Positions 26,901 through 39,124 of a DNA stretch of 64,000 bases are shown piece after piece. The DNA comes from Paraphysomonas bandaiensis (taxonomy: Eukaryota; Protista; Chrysophyceae). Location of the stretch: assembly GCA_965644295.1 (NCBI GenBank), contig CBFFRP010000032.1, positions 59,208 to 123,207 on the forward strand, given 5' to 3'. The position numbers and the translations under genes are program-made. A model generated the notes under the pieces. It made no database searches. It was not told the origin of the DNA and saw only the letters and a program-made list of their open reading frames with translations. Each line of letters starts with the position of its first letter. Position 1 is the stretch's first letter.

Positions 26901-29900
26901 ATACACAGCGAGGGTCAACACTTCAGAGAAATCAAATCGATCAACATATTTCCAAAATTTTGACAACGACTTCAAAGGTGTGCTCAACGCCTCACCAGAT
27001 GAGTCGACTACCACGAAGAAATTTATATCCGTCGAGACTGGCAAACCAAGCGATGTCGAAACCAACTCCAGTATCTCCTCCCAAGTGCAATGGCGGGGCA
27101 AAAACAAGTCGAATTGTTTATCTCCATCAGGATACAAGTAAAACTTAAAATGTCTTGATGAGGCTTCCAACTCAGTATTATCTTCTGTACTACCATCGGA
27201 CAAACAGACATTCACAACAAGTCGCAAACCAGCAATATTTGCATTAAACTTGAGTAGTTTCCAAAGTCTGCTATACTCTGTAACTTCGCCACTAAGTTCT
27301 TCGTCGTCGGCATCTAGTAAAGCAACACTACGGATCAATGAACATTGAGAAATGGAAAACATATCCGATATGCTGCTAACTAAATCATCCCAACTACCCT
27401 TCTGATTCAATGATATCACCCTCTCATCATCAGGAACATCTTTGATAAATGTAAGAATAGAAAACACATCTTCAGAACCACCTAAACCGTCTGAATCATT
27501 AGAACACAAGTTATGGGTATCGCTCTGCACTTCTACTGATATATCCTCGCTATCAATGGACGCAGACTTAGATCTATTTTCATTAAGATACACAGCGAGG
27601 GTCAACACTTCAGAGAAATCAAATCGATCAACATATTTCCAAAATTTTGACAACGACTTCAAAGGTGTGCTCAACGCCTCACCAGATGAGTCGACTACCA
27701 CGAAGAAATTTATATCCGTCGAGACTGGCAAACCAAGCGATGTCGAAACCAACTCCAGTATCTCCTCCCAAGTGCAATGGCGGGGCAAAAACAAGTCGAA
27801 TTGTTTATCTCCATCAGGATACAAGTAAAACTTAAAATGTCTTGATGAGGCTTCCAACTCAGTATTATCTTCTGTACTACCATCGGACAAACAGACATTC
27901 ACAACAAGTCGCAAACCAGCAATATTTGCATTAAACTTGAGTAGTTTCCAAAGTCTGCTATACTCTGTAACTTCACCACTAAGTTCTTCGTCGTCGGCAT
28001 CTAGTAAAGCAACACTACGGATCAATGAACATTGAGAAATGGAAAACATATCCGATATGCTGCTAACTAAATCATCCCAACTACCCTTCTGATTCAATGA
28101 TATCACCCTCTCATCATCAGGAACATCTCTGATAAATGTAAGAATAGAAAACACATCTTCAGAACCACCTAAACCGTCTGAATCATTAGAACACAAGTTA
28201 TGGGTATCGCTCTGCACTTCTACTGATATATCCTCGTTATCAAGGGACGCAGACTTAGATCTATTTTCATTAAGATACACAGCGAGGGTCAACACTTCAG
28301 AGAAATCAAATCGATCAACATATTTCCAAAATTTTGACAACGACTTCAAAGGTGTGCTCAACGCCTCACCAGATGAGTCGACTACCACGAAGAAATTTAT
28401 ATCCGTCGAGACTGGCAAACCAAGCGATGTCGAAACCAACTCCAGTATCTCCTCCCAAGTGCAATGGCGGGGCAAAAACAAGTCGAATTGTTTATCTCCA
28501 TCAGGATACAAGTAAAACTTAAAATGCCTTGATGAGGCTTCCAACTCAGTATTATCTTCTGTACTACCATCGGACAAACAGACATTCACAACAAGTCGCA
28601 AACCAGCAATATTTGCATTAAACTTGAGTAGTTTCCAAAGTCTGTTATACTCTGTAACTTCACCACTAAGTTCTTCGTCGTCGGCATCTAGTAAAGCAAC
28701 ACTACGGATCAATGAACATTGAGAAATGGAAAACATATCCGATATGCTGCTAACTAAATCATCCCAACTACCCTTCTGATTCAATGATATCACCCTCTCA
28801 TCATCAGGAACATCTTTGATAAATGTAAGAATAGAAAACACATCTTCAGAACCACCTAAACCGTCTGAATCATTAGAACTCAAGTTATGGGTATCGCTCT
28901 GCACTTCTACTGATATATCCTCGTTATCAAGGGACGCAGACTTAGATCTATTTTCATTAAGATACACAGCGAGGGTCAACACTTCAGAGAAATCAAATCG
29001 ATCAACATATTTCCAAAATTTTGACAACGACTTCAAAGGTGTGCTCAACGCCTCACCAGATGAGTCGACTACCACGAAGAAATTTATATCCGTCGAGACT
29101 GGCAAACCAAGCGATGTCGAAACCAACTCCAGTATCTCCTCCCAAGTGCAATGGCGGGGCAAAAACAAGTCGAATTGTTTATCTCCATCAGGATACAAGT
29201 AAAACTTAAAATGTCTTGATGAGGCTTCCAACTCAGTATTATCTTCTGTACTACCATCGGACAAACAGACATTCACAACAAGTCGCAAACCAGCAATATT
29301 TGCATTAAACTTGAGTAGTTTCCAAAGTCTGCTATACTCTGTAACTTCGCCACTAAGTTCTTCGTCGTCGGCATCTAGTAAAGCAACACTACGGATCAAT
29401 GAACATTGAGAAATGGAAAACATATCCGATATGCTGCTAACTAAATCATCCCAACTACCCTTCTGATTCAATGATATCACCCTCTCATCATCAGGAACAT
29501 CTTTGATAAATGTAAGAATAGAAAACACATCTTCAGAACCACCTAAACCGTCTGAATCATTAGAACACAAGTTATGGGTATCGCTCTGCACTTCTACTGA
29601 TATATCCTCGCTATCAATGGACGCAGACTTAGATCTATTTTCATTAAGATACACAGCGAGGGTCAACACTTCAGAGAAATCAAATCGATCAACATATTTC
29701 CAAAATTTTGACAACGACTTCAAAGGTGTGCTCAACGCCTCACCAGATGAGTCGACTACCACGAAGAAATTTATATCCGTCGAGACTGGCAAACCAAGCG
29801 ATGTCGAAACCAACTCCAGTATCTCCTCCCAAGTGCAATGGCGGGGCAAAAACAAGTCGAATTGTTTATCTCCATCAGGATACAAGTAAAACTTAAAATG

Positions 29901-32900
29901 TCTTGATGAGGCTTCCAACTCAGTATTATCTTCTGTACTACAATCGGACAAACAGACATTCACAACAAGTCGCAAACCAGCAATATTTGCATTAAACTTG
30001 AGTAGTTTCCAAAGTCTGCTATACTCTGTAACTTCGCCACTAAGTTCTTCGTCGTCGGCATCTAGTAAAGCAACACTACGGATCAATGAACATTGAGAAA
30101 TGGAAAACATATCCGATATGCTGCTAACTAAATCATCCCAACTACCCTTCTGATTCAATGATATCACCCTCTCATCATCAGGAACATCTTTGATAAATGT
30201 AAGAATAGAAAACACATCTTCAGAACCACCTAAACCGTCTGAATCATTAGAACACAAGTTATGGGTATCGCTCTGCACTTCTACTGATATATCCTCGCTA
30301 TCAATGGACGCAGACTTAGATCTATTTTCATTAAGATACACAGCGAGGGTCAACACTTCAGAGAAATCAAATCGATCAACATATTTCCAAAATTTTGACA
30401 ACGACTTCAAAGGTGTGCTCAACGCCTCACCAGATGAGTCGACTACCACGAAGAAATTTATATTCGTCGAGACTGGCAAACCAAGCGATGTCGAAACCAA
30501 CTCCAGTATCTCCTCCCAAGTGCAATGGCGGGGCAAAAACAAGTCGAATTGTTTATCTCCATCAGGATACAAGTAAAACTTAAAATGTCTTGAGGCTTCC
30601 AACTCAGTATTATCTTCTGTACTACCATCGGACAAACAGACATTCACAACAAGTCGCAAACCAGCAATATTTGCATTAAACTTGAGTAGTTTCCAAAGTC
30701 TGCTATACTCTGTAACTTCACCACTAAGTTCTTCGTCGTCGGCATCTAGTAAAGCAACACTACGGATCAATGAACATTGAGAAATGGAAAACATATCCGA
30801 TATGCTGCTAACTAAATCATCCCAACTACCCTTCTGATTCAATGATATCACCCTCTCATCATCAGGAACATCTTTGATAAATGTAAGAATAGAAAACACA
30901 TCTTCAGAACCACCTAAACCGTCTGAATCATTAGAACACAAGTTATGGGTATCGCTCTGCACTTCTACTGATATATCCTCGCTATCAATGGACGCAGACT
31001 TAGATCTATTTTCATTAAGATACACAGCGAGGGTCAACACTTCAGAGAAATCAAATCGATCAACATATTTCCAAAATTTTGACAACGACTTCAAAGGTGT
31101 GCTCAACGCCTCACCAGATGAGTCGACTACCACGAAGAAATTTATATCCGTCGAGACTGGCAAACCAAGCGATGTCGAAACCAACTCCAGTATCTCCTCC
31201 CAAGTGCAATGGCGGGGCAAAAACAAGTCGAATTGTTTATCTCCATCAGGATACAAGTAAAACTTAAAATGTCTTGATGAGGCTTCCAACTCAGTATTAT
31301 CTTCTGTACTACAATCGGACAAACAGACATTCACAACAAGTCGCAAACCAGCAATATTTGCATTAAACTTGAGTAGTTTCCAAAGTCTGCTATACTCTGT
31401 AACTTCGCCACTAAGTTCTTCGTCGTCGGCATCTAGTAAAGCAACACTACGGATCAATGAACATTGAGAAATGGAAAACATATCCGATATGCTGCTAACT
31501 AAATCATCCCAACTACCCTTCTGATTCAATGATATCACCCTCTCATCATCAGGAACATCTTTGATAAATGTAAGAATAGAAAACACATCTTCAGAACCAC
31601 CTAAACCGTCTGAATCATTAGAACACAAGTTATGGGTATCGCTCTGCACTTCTACTGATATATCCTCGCTATCAATGGACGCAGACTTAGATCTATTTTC
31701 ATTAAGATACACAGCGAGGGTCAACACTTCAGAGAAATCAAATCGATCAACATATTTCCAAAATTTTGACAACGACTTCAAAGGTGTGCTCAACGCCTCA
31801 CCAGATGAGTCGACTACCACGAAGAAATTTATATTCGTCGAGACTGGCAAACCAAGCGATGTCGAAACCAACTCCAGTATCTCCTCCCAAGTGCAATGGC
31901 GGGGCAAAAACAAGTCGAATTGTTTATCTCCATCAGGATACAAGTAAAACTTAAAATGTCTTGAGGCTTCCAACTCAGTATTATCTTCTGTACTACCATC
32001 GGACAAACAGACATTCACAACAAGTCGCAAACCAGCAATATTTGCATTAAACTTGAGTAGTTTCCAAAGTCTGCTATACTCTGTAACTTCACCACTAAGT
32101 TCTTCGTCGTCGGCATCTAGTAAAGCAACACTACGGATCAATGAACATTGAGAAATGGAAAACATATCCGATATGCTGCTAACTAAATCATCCCAACTAC
32201 CCTTCTGATTCAATGATATCACCCTCTCATCATCAGAAACATCTTTGATAAATGTAAGAATAGAAAACACATCTTCAGAACCACGTAAACCGTCTGAATC
32301 ATAAGATATATCATTTTCCAATTGATCCGCTGTAGTCAGATTTTCGTCTTGTTTGGCTAAAGATTTCTCGTTCTCTAATTTTTCAACACAATGAACGGCA
32401 AACGTTAAAACCTCAGATGCTTCATACCGATCAACCAATTTCCAAAATTTGGACAATGTGTTCAAGGTCGCACTTAGAGATTCACCTGTGCTGAGGTCCA
32501 CATAGATAAAATGGTCAATTTCATGCGTTAATTTTACATCCAGCGACGATGAAACGACATCAACAATTTGATCCCATGTGCTGCGACGAGGTAAAAACAG
32601 GTCAATCACCTTCTCGGAATAATGAGGCAAGAAAAACTTGAAGCGCCTTGAGTCTGATGAGTTATGATATCCCGCAGATAAAATTCCTGCTTCATTTGAA
32701 TTGATATGTACTGCGAGACTGATTCCACTAGAATGTTTGTGAAACGAAAAGAACTCGAGAAGAGTTTTATACTCAGACAATTTACCACTGAGCTCATCAC
32801 CATCATCATCCATCAAAGACAGGTGTGTTATCACACAATCTGGCGACAACTCCAGCGTTTTCGCAATCAGTTTCATCAAGTCATCCCAATTTTCCGTTGC

Positions 32901-35900
32901 ATACAAATTAATATAGCGCGAAATAGTAGGAGAACCACTGAGATACACAGGGATAGAAGGACAATCTGAGAAAAAAGTTAATCACGAATTACACTTCATA
33001 CAAGCACTCATTACCCGATAGTTCACCAGAGCTTGACCGAGATCGTTCCAATGACGGCATGCGAATAATAGGTAGTTCTGCCTTACTAGATCCCTGGCTA
33101 TTATCAAGATATACTGCAAGAGTGAGGACTTCAGAAGAATCAAAACGATCAACGGCTTCCCAAAACATTGTCACAGACTCAAGTGGGGTGCTCAAAGCTT
33201 CTCCAGATGAATCCACAACTATGAAGAAGTCGATTAAATTAGGAGAGTGCAACTCCAACGCGGACGAGACAAGAACAAGAAGATCATTCCAGCTGCTATG
33301 GCGCGGAAAATAAAGATCAAAATATTTCTTTCCATAGGGAAATTTAAAGAATTTAAAATGGCGAGATACAGTTGGAGTATTATCCGAGGCCACAGAAGCA
33401 TCTCCTTGTTTACAAGCTAGACCAGATAAACCATCACTCGGAATAGTATGGGCAACTACAACGAGGTCTTGTACATCACTAAACATATCTATAACTTTCT
33501 TAAATATAGGAAAACTCTTTATTGGAGCACTGAGGGCTTCACCGGAAGAGTCTGCGATCGTAAGGTATTCTACACTACCTGCCGTTTGTGACTCAAGAGT
33601 ACTGGAAACCTGCGCTATTAATTCTTCCCACGTTTGGATCTTTGCAATATCAATATTGGTAGCACAAGCAATATCACCTGTATTCAGTGATACTTTCAGA
33701 GTCTTCGAAGGGCAAACATCATATGCAGAAGCTAAACAGGTGGGCAGCACTTCTGTATACCTTTCGCATACATGAACCGATAACAACAGCAGCTCTGACG
33801 ACTTCAACCTATCATAGCACTTCCAAAAAGTCGACATAGACTTTAGTGGAGCGCTAAGTAATTCACCACTTGAATCAGTCGCTTCGAAATAATCAACACA
33901 CTCATTAGACTGGAGCTTCAATGCCTCCGAAATCAGCTTCGTCGACTCTAACCATGAAATATCGCGAGATAAATATACATCGACAGGGGGTCCTCCCTCT
34001 TCCTCTCTTCGAATTCTCACGAGTACTGGCCCCTCAACGTCAGTTTCACCACCTGATGATGAAGACCGTGAAGCAACTACTTCTACAGAATCTTCCACGG
34101 AGACTTTCGTCGAAGGCTTATTTTCTTCAACATACACAGCTACTTTTAACCCGTCGGTATACTTGTGAAAAGTCAAGTACTTCCAAAAAGCTTTGCAGTC
34201 GAAAATATATCCACTTAAATCATCGCCGTCAGAGTCTATTACTTTGACGTGAGTTATACTCTGCCCAACAGGTACATTCAACGCCATCCCCACCGACGCG
34301 GATATCGCATTCCAATCGTCATTGTGACGTAAAGATACATTGCGAGCATATATCTTTGTCTTAGATGCCAGAAAAAAAGGTACAGAGATGGTCGCTGAAT
34401 TACATAACGAGTGACTAAATACAGCGCATATATATTATCACATACCTGAAGCATCAGTACCAGGCGTCATAAACAATTTAGCAGAATCTTGATTATCAGA
34501 ACACCCTTCTTGTATCCTCGTGTATGCAGCCAGCAAAATTACTTCAGAAAACGGAACACGGTCTACGTACTTCCAGAACTGGGTGAATGATGATAAACAT
34601 GGGCTCAAAATGTCACCATCGGAACTGATGGCAAAAAAGTACTCTATCGCATGTGGAATATCAAGCTCTCTCTTTGCTGTGTGCATCATATCTCGCCATG
34701 TCATGTACCGATTAAATTCTACTGCGATTTGAAAGTCTCTATTGGAACAGATACAGCATTGGAAACACCTTTCAGTTGGCACTACCGGTACACCTTCTGA
34801 AGCTGAGCAATATTCACCACTTTCTGACTCCTTGATATGTACAACAATTCGGACATCTGACAAACTTTTATGAAACAATAGCAATTTCCATAAACTTTTA
34901 TAGTCGTCAATACAGCCACTAAGGTCATCACCCTCAGTGTTAATTAACACCAAATGCGATACACTGTAACCGCAAGGGACTTCCAGTGATGCATTTATTA
35001 AGTTTGATAGATATTCCCAATCGTCATCAGCATTTAATGATAGCAATCGTACTTTCTCCGAGTAGCCAGCCAAATTAACCGCAACCAGGAAAATATCTAA
35101 GCGAAAGCATCAGTTCGTAAATCACCAGCAGCATAATGGGTTACGTACCTTGTTCGTCGTGGCTCACATGTTTGGAATGTTCACACAATTCTTCTTGCCT
35201 TGCACACCGTTCATAAGAGTCTTCGCACAAATCATTGGCATATAGGTGTACTGCCAACGTTATAGTTTCCGATATCCCCACGCGATCCACGTATTTCCAA
35301 AATATGTCAAGTGAAGACAACATAGGACTATCAGCGTCGCCAATGAAATCCACCGCAATGAAATGCTCAATACACCGAGCATCCTTGATATCAAAAGTTG
35401 CTGAAATTAGCATCAAAATTTCCTCCCAGCTCATATATCGGCTAAGTAATACATCACTGATCTTTTCACGAAAAGGGTATAGAAAAAAATTGAACCGTCT
35501 TGATGTTGGGACAAATATGGTAGAACATCCCGTGGAAATTTCCTCATGAGGATTGACAGTATCCAAAGCGAGGCAAACATCGACATTCTTGTGGATCATC
35601 AGTAATTTCCATAGCATAGTTCCATCAATGATATTACCGCTCACTTGATAACCATTTCCATCCATTAAGGTAAGACGGGTACCTGAATCACATGGCACCC
35701 CAAGTGCGTTCGAAATTACAGATAAAACATTACACCAGCTATCGCCCCAGTTGAGTGTAACCAGCAATTTTTCGGCAGCCTTTGAACACAAATACACTGG
35801 AATCCGAAAAGCTACAAGCAACAGTTATATCATTTAATTGAGTCGATACATATTCACCTGCTAAACTACCAGGCGCTATGGTTTCTGCGTCGAACAGATC

Positions 35901-38459
35901 ACCAGCATTGAAGATTTTCTCTTCAGCACCCTCTGGCGTTGCCGCCACAGCTGCAATAGCTTCTTCACCATCCCGTTGAGTACAACCCCCAGCAACTTCA
36001 GAGCGGATATTATTTTCAACACTGTCAAAAGTTTTTCCAGTGTCACTTCTACTACAACTAGATAAAGTTGGCTCCAACTCACTTGTAGTTTGCAAAGTAA
36101 TATGTGCCAGGGTCAGGTCATCTTTTAAAATAGCAATAGATTTCCAGAACTGTCTCGCGTTGTGCAAAGGTGGACTAAGTATGTCACCATCAGAGTCAAC
36201 AATGCAACACGATAGCACCAAGGATTGCGCAAGTCCCACAGGGCAGGATAGTACGTTTACAATTTCTTCCCAAGTAGCACCCTCACGTATTAACACGTCC
36301 GCATCTATACCTCCATGCCTAACGGAAATGGCAATATGCTCTTGACACGCCTCATCACTTGTGACAGAATTATACGAACATTCTGTCTCCTCAAAGAAGA
36401 GGGATACAGTCCCACCAGATTCAACATAAACTCGTAAATAATAAGAACCATCATCAAATCTATAATTTACTATTCTCTTCCAAAATGATTCTGCTGTGGT
36501 AATGCATTTTCCACGAAGATTTCCGTTGGCTTCTACAATCTCGAACGAATGAATACATGCATCAGATGGAATATCCAACGAAGTCGCAAACAACTCCTGG
36601 AGAGAGTCCATACTGCATCCGTGTGGAAGTGTCACTATGATATCACTGACTGGCGACACCCTCACTCTCACAGACAGCTGTGCTGAAGCAAGATCAACCA
36701 CATAGCAGACAGAGTCTGCGTCATATTCCCTGTCCTCGCGAGACAGGAGCTGTACCAATTCAAATTTAGAAGATACGCGGTCTTGCATATAAGTCACATC
36801 TCCACATGACGGAACTAAGGATGAGATACTATAACTTGACACTTCAAGAGCTGTTGAAATGAGTGCTACAATATCGCACCACTCCATACTACCTGATAAC
36901 GTGACAAATTTGGGGGGGGAGGCAAGTGATAAGGTTACTGCAATTCGCCAAGCAATATCCACATATATGGAAGGCGAAAACTTGGAACACGTACTTCTAC
37001 AGGTGTTTCTGTTCGTACTTTCAGCATCGCATAATAGAGCCCATAAATTGTCACTTTCATACAATACAGTTTCATCATCCTCGCTGTTGCGAAGTGTCAA
37101 CGAGGATAACAAATGACACTGCTTCAGGTTCAGTGTCCTTCTGATGAAACCCTTCAGGCCGGATACACTTACTGTATCGTCGATACGAATCAAAGGTGAG
37201 TCCAAGTGGGATGAAAACCCCTTACTTTTAATCTGCACCATAAAAAAGTTTTCACCTTTGGCAATACTAGCAAATGACATCCCATCATCGAAGCTGTATG
37301 CATCACAGGCTTTCCAAAACGTATCCACACTTTCAATAGTCGGACCAATACGCCTACAGTTTCCATCCAGTACACATATGCTGACGATTTTACGGTCTGA
37401 CTCACTCCAACCATCGTAAAGATTCAATGAAAACGCTTCCAATAATTCATTCCACGACTGCTGCTGGCCGATGTGGAATATCGCACTGTGCTGGACATCA
37501 AAATATTTACAGCCTCGTAAACGTATATTCCCTACACGGCGCATTATGCACGCACAAAGTTAACGTTTTGACGTACCTCGAAAATCAAATTTTTTACCAT
37601 GAACGAGAGCTGTACGTCCATCATAAAACACTTCGGAAAATACATGGTCTTGAAGTGCCACGGTATACACCCTCACATGTGTACGACGGTCAATCTCCAC
37701 ATTTTTCTTGTATCTTCGCCAGACATCTGCTACACATGTCGTTTCTACACCAATAGCATCACCTTCTCCATCCACGACCTCCACTCCAGTAACACGTAGG
37801 GTGGACACTAAATGTAGTCCGGATGCGATCATATTCAACGCATCTGTCCATGCAGCTGTACTTGGAATCTTCACAACTCCTTCCACAGACGGAGAAACAG
37901 ATAATACACATGGAAGTGGATGGGACTCAGGAGCGTGTACCATTAGGCTGCATATGCTTCTACCATCATGAGTATTCGAAACTATCTCCCAGAATGATGT
38001 CTTATCTGTAGCTTCAATATCAACACTACTCTCCATCAATGAAAACTTCGAGATTGAGTCGCCCCTCAAATTATCGAACTTCTTTGAAATTGCATGAGTC
38101 AGTTCATCCCAAGAACAATTAGCAATTACGTCAACAAGGGCATGTTCATTTAGATCAAAACACAAGAACACTCTAAGCTTGATTATACTGTCATGCGAGA
38201 GAACAAACATACAACTTTCTGCTGGATTGTAGGCTGTGTCAAACATGTCCCAAAAAGTACTTGAGTCGCTTATTTCTTTGCCATAAATATTATCTATCCC
38301 ATAAATTAATGAAACACAATAATTGGTCACTGGTATGTCAAATGCGGTTGAAACTTCTCTCAGTAATGACTTCCAAGGACACATCCGGGTCAGAAGTACA
38401 TCTTTCTCCACCACAGAATCACAGTTTTCGATGTATCGAAATCTTATTGTCTCTTGCAT
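20962..38459 (-). CDS. Giant protein of about 5,731 aa: about 35-40 tandem PB1-like beta-grasp modules followed by about 30+ ankyrin repeats; 7 exons
   Basis: Seven ORFs join in frame through six phase-1 GT-AG introns read directly from the sequence: 37532-37576, 35812-35857, 35097-35148, 34395-34445, 32966-33014 and 23985-24043. The spliced CDS is 17,196 nt, divisible by 3. The recurring module is hhhxL...W-x-x-h...hh-D-x-D-G-D/E-x-L-S...FWK...LAV. C-terminal GxTPLHxA ankyrin repeats. Confidence 0.88.
26903..32302. repeat. Near-identical coding tandem array, 687-bp unit (229 aa, two PB1-like modules) x about 7.9
   Basis: Identical antisense ORFs recur at 26960, 27647, 28334, 29021, 29708, 30395, 31079 and 31766 (spacing 687, once 684). 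Only scattered SNPs and an in-frame 3-bp indel differ between units. Confidence 0.97.
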
Positions 38460-39124
38460 ATCTGTAATTATCTACACACAACAAATGGAAACTATACGAT
38501 GACGGCTCCTTTAAATTGTTGAGTACATTTTCTTATTGCAGTGATTTCTTTAATAGTTCGATGAGACCGAACACACGCACCGACAGTTCAGCTCAATCCT
38601 CTGCTAGCTATGATGTCAAACTAAAATCGTTAAACCGAAGATTCACACTAATGATAGCATAGACGAGTGGGTACGATTTCACAGATTAATAGTTAGTTTC
38701 TCTCTCATGATGTGGACTGTGTCTGTCAATCACAATGGAAGCCACTTGCGGCTATGAAAATTTCATGTTCCAGGGAAGGAATATGGCTATTTTTATGGAT
38801 TTCTCTCATTTTATTGATAATATCGGTACTTTTGATGTAAAAAGCATATGTGTATGAAAAGTAGAGTATACTGGTATACTGGTATACTGGTGTACTGGTA
38901 TACTGGTATACAGCAGTGTGGGGTGAATTCAAGGAGCCAGTATAACTATACTGTTCGCTGTTCGTCGTACAGTGCTGGTGTTGGTAATTTTTTAAAGGAG
39001 GACACAGAAAACTCACAGTTACTTCTAAGACTGCGCCTCGTCTTATTCCTGCTTATCATGAAGCCTGTATGATAGCATATATTCACGGGGTGTTGACATA
39101 GCTCCGTCACTAGAATAATCTCCA
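38460..39124. promoter_or_regulatory. Putative bidirectional promoter between the two PB1-ankyrin genes, containing a (CTGGTATA)n minirepeat at about 38866-38911
   Basis: 665 bp between divergent ATGs at 38459 (-) and 39125 (+). An 8-bp unit is repeated about 5.5 times. Function is inferred from position only. Confidence 0.45.

Noticed and set aside
26903-32302. Regular array as a possible CRISPR, and the repeated short 61-128-aa ORFs within it
   Set aside because: Units are 687 bp with no unique spacers and lie inside a coding exon. The short ORFs are antisense or alternate-frame shadows.
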